Made by a program: the position numbers and the translations under genes. A DNA stretch of 64,000 nucleotides from Camelus dromedarius. Taxonomy: Eukaryota. Under the pieces are notes generated by a model. That model made no database searches. It was not told the origin of the DNA and saw nothing but the letters and a program-made list of their open reading frames with translations. Positions 25,901 to 39,482 of the stretch are shown here, one piece after another (within the stretch, counting starts at the first letter, position 1; each line of letters begins with the position of its first letter). The stretch lies in contig NC_087439.1 of assembly GCF_036321535.1 (NCBI RefSeq), positions 92,690,001 through 92,754,000 on the forward strand, written 5' to 3'.

Positions 25901-27593
25901 AACAGCACACTTGGAGTTCCGCCTTCCCCGCGCCCTGCTCTGCTCACTCTCATGCCTTTGCACACGGAACGTGGGACACGAGCAGCCTCGATCCCACATG
26001 CACACGGGATTCTGCGTGGCTGTCAGTAGCAGTGAACGGGGAGCAGAAATGACAGCTGTAAGCGGGGAGCAGAGGTCAGAAAATGACCTTGGGGCAAAGG
26101 TGCAGTTGTGAGGCTGGGACGGAAATAAGATTCCGTAAAAGAGAGCACAGATGTGGCTGTTGGAGGGGAAGTAAGAACACTGGGACCCTGGACTCACAGC
26201 CTACAAGGATGGATAAGCCAGGTGCTCCCTGCCCAGTGGCAGCTCATGTGACCCAGGAAGCATCGTGTTGGGCACGTGTTTGCTCGGTGCTGGATTCCGT
26301 TATCAGTGAAGTTCCCTAGTGGGGGTCACTTACTCCCAAAGGGAACCCTCAGCCTCTCCAGCACGTGGCCTGGTACTTGTTGTGGCTATGGGGAGCGCCA
26401 GGATGCAGAAGAGCTTGCTCAGGGCGAGGGAAGCCTGGGCAGCCCAAGGAGCCCTCTGGCCGCATCCCCAGGGCAGAAAGGACAAGGAGATGTCCAGATG
26501 TACTGAGCACGCGTGGCGTCACTCCCTGGGGCGGGGCTGGACTCGTGGGCATGTGAATCAAGAGTTGCGCAGGGGACCCCACATTATGTACGCCTCCTGT
26601 GCTGGAGGAATCTGTCCTCACCAGGACTTAGGGCTGCAAGTGACCTTGGAGAAAAATTTGCACATAAACTATGAGATGCAATAAAGGTCCAGATTAATGG
26701 ACACCCCAGGCCCTAAACAGAGTAGCAGAAGACTTGAGCCTCCAACAGTCAGGAGAAGAATTCAGGGAGCCTGATCTGAGACCAGGGAACGGCTCCCTTC
26801 GGTCCCATGGCGAGCAGCCCTGGGGGACAGTGATCTGACCTCCCATGTCATTGCTAAGGGGGGTCTTACCCATTGATGCTTGAGATGATGGCAACTCTTA
26901 TTCCATGAGGCAGATATAGAATGTCAACCAACACTTCTGTTGTCTTCATCAAGGATCCCTAAAGATAGTTCCTTATCTGACAGCAGCTTCAAGTAGACTC
27001 CTCTGTGCACGCTAGGAAAGGCGTCCTGGGGTGGGACAGGAATGAGACAGACAGCCAGTGTTGTCTCCATTGAGAGAAAGCTGTCTTAGTAATACTATCT
27101 GATTTCCTGGATGTGCTCCATGTTCCCCATGATGGCGGGAAAGAGTTTTAAGAGCTTCCAGTAGGGTCACCTGCAGCAGAGAGGTTCTGGATGGGGACGA
27201 AGGCTGAGGTGTCTCCTCATACCTCAGTGTCACCTTCACAGAGCATGGTTCACAGAGAAACAGGAGAGGATCCAAGGAAACGGGCGTCCACAGCCTCGCT
27301 TTGGAACTGGATGAAAAATAAGAGAGTGAACTGGAATGGCCCCAGAGGGAGCAGCAGAGTCAGATGAGTTGTTTTGGAGATAAGAGAGATTGGTCTTTAG
27401 CTGGGAGAAGGTAGAAATGTTGAAAGACAGGGATAGATTTATTCTGTAATGATTAATGTAAGGAGGGGACTTGCCTCCAATTACATGCCATTTTGCTTGC
27501 GTGGCTGGGAGATAAGATAAAGACAGTGGAAACCACTGTAGGAGGCACAGCCTGCCCCGCAGTCAGTTGCTTCTGGCTCGGGCCACCGCGGCC

Positions 27594-28439
27594 ATGGGAC
27601 CCCAGGTGCTGGCTGGACTGCTGCTGTGCCTGTGCGCCGGGCCCTGGGCCGAGGGCGGGAAGGTGCTGGTGGTCCCCATGGAGGGCAGCCACTGGCTCAG
27701 CATGCGGGAGGCCGTGCGGGAGCTCCACGCCAGGGGCCACCACGCAGTCGTCCTTTCTCCAGAGGTGAACATGCACATCAAGCCAGAGGACTTTTTCACC
27801 ACGGAAACCTATGCTACTACGTACACGCAGGACACACTTGATTACCTCATGATAGCCCATATTCATTTGGTTTTTGAGAGAGTAAATTTTCTAAAGACGT
27901 TTTGGAATACAATGCTAGTTTTCAAAAATGTGTCTGTGATCTTTCAAAGGTCTTGCGAGGCGCTGCTGTCTCACAAGGATCTGATCAGGCGCCTGAATGC
28001 CAGTTCCTTTGATGTGGTGTTAACTGACCCTGTTTACCCCTGCGGGGCAGTGCTGGCCAAGTACCTGTCCCTTCCTGTGGTGTTCTTTCTGCGTTTCATT
28101 CCATGTGACTTCGATGTTGAGGGCACAGCGTGCCCAAACCCTTTCTCGTACGTTCCTAGGCTGTTAACAAGGAATTCAGACCACATGACATTCCTTCAAA
28201 GGGTCAAGAACATGCTGTACCCTCTGGCCCTGAAGTACATTTGCCACGCATCTTACACTCCTTACGAACGGATGGCGTCCGAGCTTCTTCAGAGAGAGGT
28301 GTCGCTGGTGGAAGTTTTTAGCTCTGCGTCCGTGTGGCTGTTCAGAGGAGACTTTGTGATGGATTACCCCCGGCCAGTCATGCCCAACATGGTCTTCATT
28401 GGGGGTATAAACTGTGCCAACAGGAAACCACTATCTCAG
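27594..28439 (+). CDS. UGT1A3/4/5-like variable exon 1, cassette 4, coding type B
   Basis: Same translation as cassette 2; intact donor. Confidence 0.9.
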
Positions 28440-31400
28440 GTCTGTATTGGTGCTTTTATTCCGTCCATGTTCCAAGTGCAACCCATTTAAAAAAGAACTT
28501 ATATTCAGGTACTTATTTATCTACTGATCTTTCTAAATATTTCCACCTCTCAGTCTCTTGCTAACAGTCCTGGGTGAGCTAAATCGTTAAAGAGTCTCCA
28601 GTAGTGTGGTGAAGGCTTGTGATGGTCTTTGAGAGGAGTGACAGGAAGGGGTGAGGGTCTGTAATAGGTTTGGGAAGCAATGGTGTGATTCAACCCAGAC
28701 TGCCCTTTGGTAAAGGCACCACGTCGTGGTTGTGCAGTTTTCTCCAGCTGAGCAGGAGCGGAGAACTTGAGCCGTGAACTCATCCACCGGGGTTTTTGCT
28801 TCATGGTGTTCAGTAGCAGGATTTAAGAACTAGCAAATTGCATTTGTTGACACGATAGTTCTTAGTGGTGTAGTGTTGGAAGGGACTGAGGTGTGGTCAC
28901 AGGAGACCTAAACACCCAAAGGAGGCAGAGGTTTCAGAGAGGTCGAATAAACTAAATGGGAGTGACACAATGGTGGAGAGAGAAGACGGGGTTCCTGTGA
29001 TCGGAGCAAGAGATCACCGAGTCCAACTTTTGAGAGATGGAACCGTGCTGACGAGGTGTCTTCTTCCCGAGAGTTGGTGTCTGGTGTGTGATGTGGGGAT
29101 GTACCAGCGTTGGACTGCATGTCTTCTGCTTGGGACACTGAAGTCATTAAGGATGGTGGGCAGGGCTAGGGAGGAGATAAAACTGAGGCTATAAATGTAA
29201 TGAAGGTGGGGGTAGGGATGCTGAGAAAGGAGTCTCAAAGGGAAGGGTTTGTTAGGAAGGGTCGACCGCATCACCAGACCTATCCCGCCACACCCCACCC
29301 CAGGTTTCCGTGGCGGTAACAGGGCTTTCCTGATCATTCCAGAGGCATCTTACAAAACCCCGGATGTTTGGGTTCAATTGAAATAGGACTCTAGGGGGCT
29401 GGATTTGCTTCTTAATCTACCGAGTTAGCCATGTATTTTGCCCGTTTATGCCATAGTCATTGAATTGATCTTAACTGCTATGGCTTTAAATGTCTTCTAG
29501 GTTTTGTATTTTTACTGTCGTAGCTCTGTTTATTAATGTATATATTATTTTCAAGAACACCGACTTCATTTTCCTTTTTTGCTCACAACACAGATAATCA
29601 ATTTTTTTGTGTGTTTATTTTTTGGTCTGTGTTTCTGTTTAGTTTGTGTTGGTGGGGGGAGGTAATTAGGTTTATTCATTTAATTTTTTAATATCGAGGC
29701 ACTGAGGACTGTACCCAGCCCCTTGCGCACGCTAAGCGTACGATCTACCGCTTGAGCGCTGCCCTCTTCCTGCAAAGGATCTGACCTACTTGGTTTTCTT
29801 CTTCCTTGAAGTGGTGCATTTGTCCCGTTACACAATCTGTATGTATCCGTTAGATTTGTAAAAAGTGAAAAGTCGGAAGGCATTTAAAAATTATTGCCGC
29901 TGTTTTCCTTCTAGTTTTCCAATGGGAATATATTGTATGGAGTTTGACTGCATTGGTTCAAGTCTTCACTCCCATTTTTCTAGCTGCATGACCTTGGGTG
30001 GGTGACCTAAGCATTCTGGCCTTAGTATTGCCACACTGAGCACACAATAAATATGATCCATTTTCGTGATTTAGAAGATGCCGAGCAGGACAAGGTATGT
30101 CATCTGGAGGCATTTAGATAGGTTTGTGCCAATTATTTGTTACACGACAGATCATTTACATTGAAATCCTCAAGTATCATAACAGGGTATGCACACCGTT
30201 GTCATGTTTGTTCCACTAAATGGTCTTTTACTTTGAGATTTTATCACTTTTATTTATTTGGCTTGGTTTACCCGTAGATATCACTCCTTTAAATGTTTAT
30301 GGAAATTGATCTCAAACTATGAAAGATTGAAGTCTAAATCTTTTATATGTGTGTTCCTTTTCCTTCTTAAGATTTAGGATGGGTTGCATTATCTTATTGG
30401 TGTTCTCAAAAAAAAAAAAACTCTAGGATTTGTTTATTCTGTTTACTATTGCTGTTTTCTCTTCCACTGATTGCAGCTTATTTTTAAATGAATGATATCA
30501 TCCTTGTTGCCTTTGGTTCATTTTATAGTTGCTTTTCTCATTTCCTTAGGTAAACCTTAATTCCTTATAAAAATAATGAAGAACTGAAAGTCATAAATAA
30601 AACATGTTCTAGATCTCTAGGTTTTGGTACAAATTGCTATCATTTTCTCTTTGTTCACATTAATTTCTGTTTTTGATTTCTTCTTTGAATCAATGGCTAT
30701 TGATTTTTTTTAAAAAAACAAGTCTGTTTTATAATTCCTATCTAGTTAAGATATACTGTGGCTATGTTCTTTTTCTTCTAATTATTTTGGACTATAATTA
30801 GGGAATGGTTTCTTGTGAAGTCACCGATTAAAAAAATTTCTTACTAGATTTTATTCTGGTCTAGCATAGAATCATCCAATAGAATTATAGTGCAAGCCAT
30901 GTATGTAACTGAGAGCTTTTTTAAGGCATGTTGAAAAAAAAAACCCAAGGTAGTAAATTATTTTTTAATCTATATTTTATTCAATCAAATACATCAAAAA
31001 CATTATTCTTTAAACATACACGGAATACAAAATTTTTTTCAGGAGCTTGTTGCCATCCCCCCCTCGATTTCTTGAGATACAGTTGACATGCAGCACTGTC
31101 CAAGTTCAAGGTGCACAGCAGAAGGACATGACTTCCCTATCCCGTGATGCGATTACCGCGGTAAACTGAGTGAACATCCATCAGCTCGTACACTTACAAA
31201 GTTAACGTGAAATGTCGCCCCAGAGAGTCTCCCCCAGGGTCCACTGCAGTCAGAGCAGGACACGTCCCGGGACTGCTGAGTCCTCAGCAGGTGCAAGGGG
31301 ATCCAGCTTGGTTAACTAGCAGCTCTGCCACCAGACACGGTGCCACTAGAGGCGGGGGTGGCTGGGGACCCGAACAGCAGCTCCTGTTACTGAGGACAGT

Positions 31401-33115
31401 CATGCAGCTGCAGCGGCAACAGCACACTTGGAGTTCCGCCTTCCCCGCGCCCTGCTCTGCTCACTCTCATGCCTTTGCACACGGAACGTGGGACACGAGC
31501 AGCCTCGATCCCACATGCACACGGGATTCTGCGTGGCTGTCAGTAGCAGTGAACGGGGAGCAGAAATGACAGCTGTAAGCGGGGAGCAGAGGTCAGAAAA
31601 TGACCTTGGGGCAAAGGTGCAGTTGTGAGGCTGGGACGGAAATAAGATTCCGTAAAAGAGAGCACAGATGTGGCTGTTGGAGGGGAAGTAAGAACACTGG
31701 GACCCTGGACTCACAGCCTACAAGGATGGATAAGCCAGGTGCTCCCTGCCCAGTGGCAGCTCATGTGACCCAGGAAGCATCGTGTTGGGCACGTGTTTGC
31801 TCGGTGCTGGATTCCGTTATCAGTGAAGTTCCCTAGTGGGGGTCACTTACTCCCAAAGGGAACCCTCAGCCTCTCCAGCACGTAGCCTGGCACTTGTTGT
31901 GGCTATGGGGAGCGCCAGGATGCAGAAGAGCTTGCTCAGGGCGAGGGAAGCCTGGGCAGCCCAAGGAGCCCTCTGGCCGCATCCCCAGGGCAGAAAGGAC
32001 AAGGAGATGTCCAGGTGTACTGAGCACGCGTGGCGTCACTCCACGGGGCAGGGCCAGGCTCGTGGGCTTGCAATCCAAGCAGCTGCACAGGGGACCCCAC
32101 GTTATGTACGCCTCCTGTTCTGGAGGAATGTGTCCTCACCTGGACTTAGGGCTGCAAGTGACCTTGGAGAAAAATTTGCACATAAACTACGAGATGCAAA
32201 AAGGTCCGAATTAATGCACACCCCAGGGCCCAAACAGAGTAGCGGAAGAATTGTACCTCCAACAATCAGGAGAAGAATTCAGACAGCCTGATCCGAGGCC
32301 AGGGGACGGCTCCCTCCTGTCCCGTGGTGAGCAGCCCCTGGAGGATGGCGTTCTCTGACCCCCCGTGTCACTGCTAAGGGTGGTCTTGCTCGTGGATGCT
32401 TGAGATAACGGTAACTCTTATTCCACGAGGCAGATACAGAATCTCAACCAACCCTTCTGTTGTCTTCGTCAAGGATCGCTGCAGATACTTCCATGTCTGA
32501 GAGCTGCTTCAAGTAGTCTCTCCTTGAAGAGTCACGAGAGGCGTCCTGGGGTGGAACAGGAATGAGATGGGCAGCCAGCGTCCGGTCCCCATGGACAGAA
32601 AGCTGTCTTAGAAATGCCTGTTTTCCTGGATGTGCTCTGTGTTCCCCATGACGGTGGGAAAGAGATTTAAGGGCTCCAGATAGCGTCACCTGCAGCAGAG
32701 AGGTTGTGTTTCGAGATGAGGCCTTAGGTGACTCCTCAAATCTCAGAGTCGACTTCACAGAATACGGTTCACAGAGAAATAGGAGAGGATCCAAGGAAAC
32801 GGGCGTCCACAGCCTCACTTTGGGAACTGGATGAAAAACAGGAGAGTGAACTGGAATGCACCCCCCCAGAGGGAGCAGCAGAGTCAGATGAGTTTTCCCA
32901 AGGTAAGAGGGGTTGGTCTTTATCTGGGAGAAAGTAAAATGGTGAAAGACAGGGAGAGATTTATTCTCTAATGATTAACGTAAGGGGGGGACTTGCCTCC
33001 AATTACATGCCATTTTGTTGAAATGGCTGGGATATAAGATAAAGACAGTGGAAACCACTGTAGGAGGCACAGCCTGCCCCGCAGTCAGTTGCTTCTGGCT
33101 CGGGCCACCGCGGCC

Positions 33116-33961
33116 ATGGGACCCCAGGTGCTGGCTGGACTGCTGCTGTGCCTGTGCGCCGGGCCCTGGGCCGAGGGCGGGAAGGTGCTGGTGGTCCCCA
33201 TGGAGGGCAGCCACTGGCTCAGCATGCGGGAGGCCGTGCGGGAGCTCCACGCCAGGGGCCACCATACAGTCGTCCTTTCTCCAGAGGTGAACATGCACGT
33301 CAAGCCAGAGGACTTTTTCACCACGGAAACCTACGCTACTCCGAACACGCAGGACGAATTTGATTATGTCATGATGGGCCAGGTGCATGTGCTATTTGAA
33401 AGAGTAAATTTTCTAAAGATGTTTTGGAATGCGATGGTAGGCTTGAAAAATGCGTCTTTAATCTTTCAAAGGTCTTGCGAGGCGCTGCTGTCTCACAAGG
33501 ATCTGATCAGGCGCCTGAATGCCAGTTCCTTTGATGTGGTGTTAACTGACCCTGTTTACCCCTGCGGGGCAGTGCTGGCCAAGTACCTGACCCTTCCTGC
33601 GGTGTTTTTTTTGCGTGGCATTCCGTGTGACTTCGATGTTGAGGGCACAGCGTGCCCAAACCCTTTCTCGTACGTTCCTAGGCTGTTAACAAGGAATTCA
33701 GACCACATGACATTCCTTCAAAGGGTCAAGAACATGCTGTACCCTCTGGCCCTGAAGTACATTTGCCACGCATCTTACACTCCTTACGAACGGATGGCGT
33801 CCGAGCTTCTTCAGAGAGAGGTGTCGCTGGTGGAAGTTTTTAGCTCTGCGTCCGTGTGGCTGTTCAGAGGAGACTTTGTGATGGATTACCCCCGGCCAGT
33901 CATGCCCAACATGGTCTTCATTGGGGGTATAAACTGTGCCAACAGGAAACCACTATCTCAG
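33116..33961 (+). CDS. UGT1A3/4/5-like variable exon 1, cassette 5, coding type A
   Basis: Same translation as cassette 1; intact donor; different upstream promoter from cassette 1. Confidence 0.92.
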
Positions 33962-36900
33962 GTCTGTATTGGTGCTTTTATTCCGTCCATGTTCCAAGTG
34001 CAACCCATTTAAAAAAGAACTTATATTCAGGTACTTATTTATCTACTGATCTTTCTAAATATTTCCACCTCTCAGTCTCTTGCTAACAGTCCTGGGTGAG
34101 CTAAATCGTTAAAGAGTCTCCAGTAGTGTGGTGAAGGCTTGTGATGGTCTTTGAGAGGAGTGACAGGAAGGGGTGAGGGTCTGTAATAGGTTTGGGAAGC
34201 AATGGTGTGATTCAACCCAGACTGCCCTTTGGTAAAGGCACCACGTCGTGGTTGTGCAGTTTTCTCCAGCTGAGCAGGAGCGGAGAACTTGAGCCGTGAA
34301 CTCATCCACCGGGGTTTTTGCTTCATGGTGTTCAGTAGCAGGATTTAAGAACTAGCAAATTGCATTTGTTGACACGATAGTTCTTAGTGGTGTAGTGTTG
34401 GAAGGGACTGAGGTGTGGTCACAGGAGACCTAAACACCCAAAGGAGGCAGAGGTTTCAGAGAGGTCGAATAAACTAAATGGGAGTGACACAATGGTGGAG
34501 AGAGAAGACGGGGTTCCTGTGATCGGAGCAAGAGATCACCGAGTCCAACTTTTGAGAGATGGAACCGTGCTGACGAGGTGTCTTCTTCCCGAGAGTTGGT
34601 GTCTGGTGTGTGATGTGGGGATGTACCAGCGTTGGACTGCATGTCTTCTGCTTGGGACACTGAAGTCATTAAGGATGGTGGGCAGGGCTAGGGAGGAGAT
34701 AAAACTGAGGCTATAAATGTAATGAAGGTGGGGGTAGGGATGCTGAGAAAGGAGTCTCAAAGGGAAGGGTTTGTTAGGAAGGGTCGACCGCATCACCAGA
34801 CCTATCCCGCCACACCCCACCCCAGGTTTCCGTGGCGGTAACAGGGCTTTCCTGATCATTCCAGAGGCATCTTACAAAACCCCGGATGTTTGGGTTCAAT
34901 TGAAATAGGACTCTAGGGGGCTGGATTTGCTTCTTAATCTACCGAGTTAGCCATGTATTTTGCCCGTTTATGCCATAGTCATTGAATTGATCTTAACTGC
35001 TATGGCTTTAAATGTCTTCTAGGTTTTGTATTTTTACTGTCGTAGCTCTGTTTATTAATGTATATATTATTTTCAAGAACACCGACTTCATTTTCCTTTT
35101 TTGCTCACAACACAGATAATCAATTTTTTTGTGTGTTTATTTTTTGGTCTGTGTTTCTGTTTAGTTTGTGTTGGTGGGGGGAGGTAATTAGGTTTATTCA
35201 TTTAATTTTTTAATATCGAGGCACTGAGGACTGTACCCAGCCCCTTGCGCACGCTAAGCGTACGATCTACCGCTTGAGCGCTGCCCTCTTCCTGCAAAGG
35301 ATCTGACCTACTTGGTTTTCTTCTTCCTTGAAGTGGTGCATTTGTCCCGTTACACAATCTGTATGTATCCGTTAGATTTGTAAAAAGTGAAAAGTCGGAA
35401 GGCATTTAAAAATTATTGCCGCTGTTTTCCTTCTAGTTTTCCAATGGGAATATATTGTATGGAGTTTGACTGCATTGGTTCAAGTCTTCACTCCCATTTT
35501 TCTAGCTGCATGACCTTGGGTGGGTGACCTAAGCATTCTGGCCTTAGTATTGCCACACTGAGCACACAATAAATATGATCCATTTTCGTGATTTAGAAGA
35601 TGCCGAGCAGGACAAGGTATGTCATCTGGAGGCATTTAGATAGGTTTGTGCCAATTATTTGTTACACGACAGATCATTTACATTGAAATCCTCAAGTATC
35701 ATAACAGGGTATGCACACCGTTGTCATGTTTGTTCCACTAAATGGTCTTTTACTTTGAGATTTTATCACTTTTATTTATTTGGCTTGGTTTACCCGTAGA
35801 TATCACTCCTTTAAATGTTTATGGAAATTGATCTCAAACTATGAAAGATTGAAGTCTAAATCTTTTATATGTGTGTTCCTTTTCCTTCTTAAGATTTAGG
35901 ATGGGTTGCATTATCTTATTGGTGTTCTCAAAAAAAAAAAAACTCTAGGATTTGTTTATTCTGTTTACTATTGCTGTTTTCTCTTCCACTGATTGCAGCT
36001 TATTTTTAAATGAATGATATCATCCTTGTTGCCTTTGGTTCATTTTATAGTTGCTTTTCTCATTTCCTTAGGTAAACCTTAATTCCTTATAAAAATAATG
36101 AAGAACTGAAAGTCATAAATAAAACATGTTCTAGATCTCTAGGTTTTGGTACAAATTGCTATCATTTTCTCTTTGTTCACATTAATTTCTGTTTTTGATT
36201 TCTTCTTTGAATCAATGGCTATTGATTTTTTTTAAAAAAACAAGTCTGTTTTATAATTCCTATCTAGTTAAGATATACTGTGGCTATGTTCTTTTTCTTC
36301 TAATTATTTTGGACTATAATTAGGGAATGGTTTCTTGTGAAGTCACTGATTAAAAAAATTTCTTACTAGATTTTATTCTGGTCTAGCATAGAATCATCCA
36401 ATAGAATTATAGTGCAAGCCATGTATGTAACTGAGAGCTTTTTTAAGGCATGTTGAAAAAAAAAACCCAAGGTAGTAAATTATTTTTTAATCTATATTTT
36501 ATTCAATCAAATACATCAAAAACATTATTCTTTAAACATACACGGAATACAAAATTTTTTTCAGGAGCTTGTTGCCATCCCCCCCTCGATTTCTTGAGAT
36601 ACAGTTGACATGCAGCACTGTCCAAGTTCAAGGTGCACAGCAGAAGGACATGACTTCCCTATCCCGTGATGCGATTACCGCGGTAAACTGAGTGAACATC
36701 CATCAGCTCGTACACTTACAAAGTTAACGTGAAATGTCGCCCCAGAGAGTCTCCCCCAGGGTCCACTGCAGTCAGAGCAGGACACGTCCCGGGACTGCTG
36801 AGTCCTCAGCAGGTGCAAGGGGATCCAGCTTGGTTAACTAGCAGCTCTGCCACCAGACACGGTGCCACTAGAGGCGGGGGTGGCTGGGGACCCGAACAGC

Positions 36901-38637
36901 AGCTCCTGTTACTGAGGACAGTCATGCAGCTGCAGCGGCAACAGCACACTTGGAGTTCCGCCTTCCCCGCGCCCTGCTCTGCTCACTCTCATGCCTTTGC
37001 ACACGGAACGTGGGACACGAGCAGCCTCGATCCCACATGCACACGGGATTCTGCGTGGCTGTCAGTAGCAGTGAACGGGGAGCAGAAATGACAGCTGTAA
37101 GCGGGGAGCAGAGGTCAGAAAATGACCTTGGGGCAAAGGTGCAGTTGTGAGGCTGGGACGGAAATAAGATTCCGTAAAAGAGAGCACAGATGTGGCTGTT
37201 GGAGGGGAAGTAAGAACACTGGGACCCTGGACTCACAGCCTACAAGGATGGATAAGCCAGGTGCTCCCTGCCCAGTGGCAGCTCATGTGACCCAGGAAGC
37301 ATCGTGTTGGGCACGTGTTTGCTCGGTGCTGGATTCCGTTATCAGTGAAGTTCCCTAGTGGGGGTCACTTACTCCCAAAGGGAACCCTCAGCCTCTCCAG
37401 CACGTAGCCTGGCACTTGTTGTGGCTATGGGGAGCGCCAGGATGCAGAAGAGCTTGCTCAGGGCGAGGGAAGCCTGGGCAGCCCAAGGAGCCCTCTGGCC
37501 GCATCCCCAGGGCAGAAAGGACAAGGAGATGTCCAGGTGTACTGAGCACGCGTGGCGTCACTCCACGGGGCAGGGCCAGGCTCGTGGGCTTGCAATCCAA
37601 GCAGCTGCACAGGGGACCCCACGTTATGTACGCCTCCTGTTCTGGAGGAATGTGTCCTCACCTGGACTTAGGGCTGCAAGTGACCTTGGAGAAAAATTTG
37701 CACATAAACTACGAGATGCAAAAAGGTCCGAATTAATGCACACCCCAGGGCCCAAACAGAGTAGCGGAAGAATTGTACCTCCAACAATCAGGAGAAGAAT
37801 TCAGACAGCCTGATCCGAGGCCAGGGGACGGCTCCCTCCTGTCCCGTGGTGAGCAGCCCCTGGAGGATGGCGTTCTCTGACCCCCCGTGTCACTGCTAAG
37901 GGTGGTCTTGCTCGTGGATGCTTGAGATAACGGTAACTCTTATTCCACGAGGCAGATACAGAATCTCAACCAACCCTTCTGTTGTCTTCGTCAAGGATCG
38001 CTGCAGATACTTCCATGTCTGAGAGCTGCTTCAAGTAGTCTCTCCTTGAAGAGTCACGAGAGGCGTCCTGGGGTGGAACAGGAATGAGATGGGCAGCCAG
38101 CGTCCGGTCCCCATGGACAGAAAGCTGTCTTAGAAATGCCTGTTTTCCTGGATGTGCTCTGTGTTCCCCATGACGGTGGGAAAGAGATTTAAGGGCTCCA
38201 GATAGCGTCACCTGCAGCAGAGAGGTTGTGTTTCGAGATGAGGCCTTAGGTGACTCCTCAAATCTCAGAGTCGACTTCACAGAATACGGTTCACAGAGAA
38301 ATAGGAGAGGATCCAAGGAAACGGGCGTCCACAGCCTCACTTTGGGAACTGGATGAAAAACAAGAGAGTGAACTGGAATGCACCCCCCCAGAGGGAGCAG
38401 CAGAGTCAGATGAGTTTTCCCAAGGTAAGAGGGGTTGGTCTTTATCTGGGAGAAAGTAAAATGGTGAAAGACAGGGAGAGATTTATTCTCTAATGATTAA
38501 CGTAAGGAGGGGACTTGCCTCCAATTACATGCCATTTTGTTGAAATGGCTGGGATATAAGATAAAGACAGTGGAAACCACTGTAGGAGGCACAGCCTGCC
38601 CCGCAGTCAGTTGCTTCTGGCTCGGGCCACCGCGGCC

Positions 38638-39482
38638 ATGGGACCCCAGGTGCTGGCTGGACTGCTGCTGTGCCTGTGCGCCGGGCCCTGGGCCGAGGGC
38701 GGGAAGGTGCTGGTGGTCCCCCATGGAGGGCAGCCACTGGCTCAGCATGCGGGAGGCCGTGCGGGAGCTCCACGCCAGGGGCCACCATACAGTCGTCCTT
38801 TCTCCAGAGGTGAACATGCACGTCAAGCCAGAGGACTTTTTCACCACGGAAACCTACGCTACTCCGAACACGCAGGACGAATTTGATTATGTCATGATGG
38901 GCCAGGTGCATGTGCTATTTGAAAGAGTAAATTTTCTAAAGATGTTTTGGAATGCGATGGTAGGCTTGAAAAATGCGTCTTTAATCTTTCAAAGGTCTTG
39001 CGAGGCGCTGCTGTCTCACAAGGATCTGATCAGGCGCCTGAATGCCAGTTCCTTTGATGTGGTGTTAACTGACCCTGTTTACCCCTGCGGGGCAGTGCTG
39101 GCCAAGTACCTGACCCTTCTGCGGTGTTTTTTTTGCGTGGCATTCCGTGTGACTTCGATGTTGAGGGCACAGCGTGCCCAAACCCTTTCTCGTACGTTCC
39201 TAGGCTGTTAACAAGGATTCAGACCACATGACATTCCTTCAAAGGGTCAAGAACATGCTGTACCCTCTGGCCCTGAAGTACATTTGCCACGCATCTTACA
39301 CTCCTTACGAACGGATGGCGTCCGAGCTTCTTCAGAGAGAGGTGTCGCTGGTGGAAGTTTTTAGCTCTGCGTCCGTGTGGCTGTTCAGAGGAGACTTTGT
39401 GATGGATTACCCCCGGCCAGTCATGCCCAACATGGTCTTCATTGGGGGTATAAACTGTGCCAACAGGAAACCACTATCTCAG
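38638..39482 (+). CDS. UGT1A3/4/5-like variable exon 1, cassette 6, type A, with three 1-bp homopolymer indels (probably read errors)
   Basis: 845 bp; +C near 38720, -C near 39119, -A near 39216; otherwise matches cassette 5; donor intact; lies close to a contig end. Confidence 0.7.

Noticed and set aside
38638-39482. True pseudogene status of cassette 6
   Set aside because: Only homopolymer indels, clustered near a barcode-terminated contig end; more likely read error (not proven).
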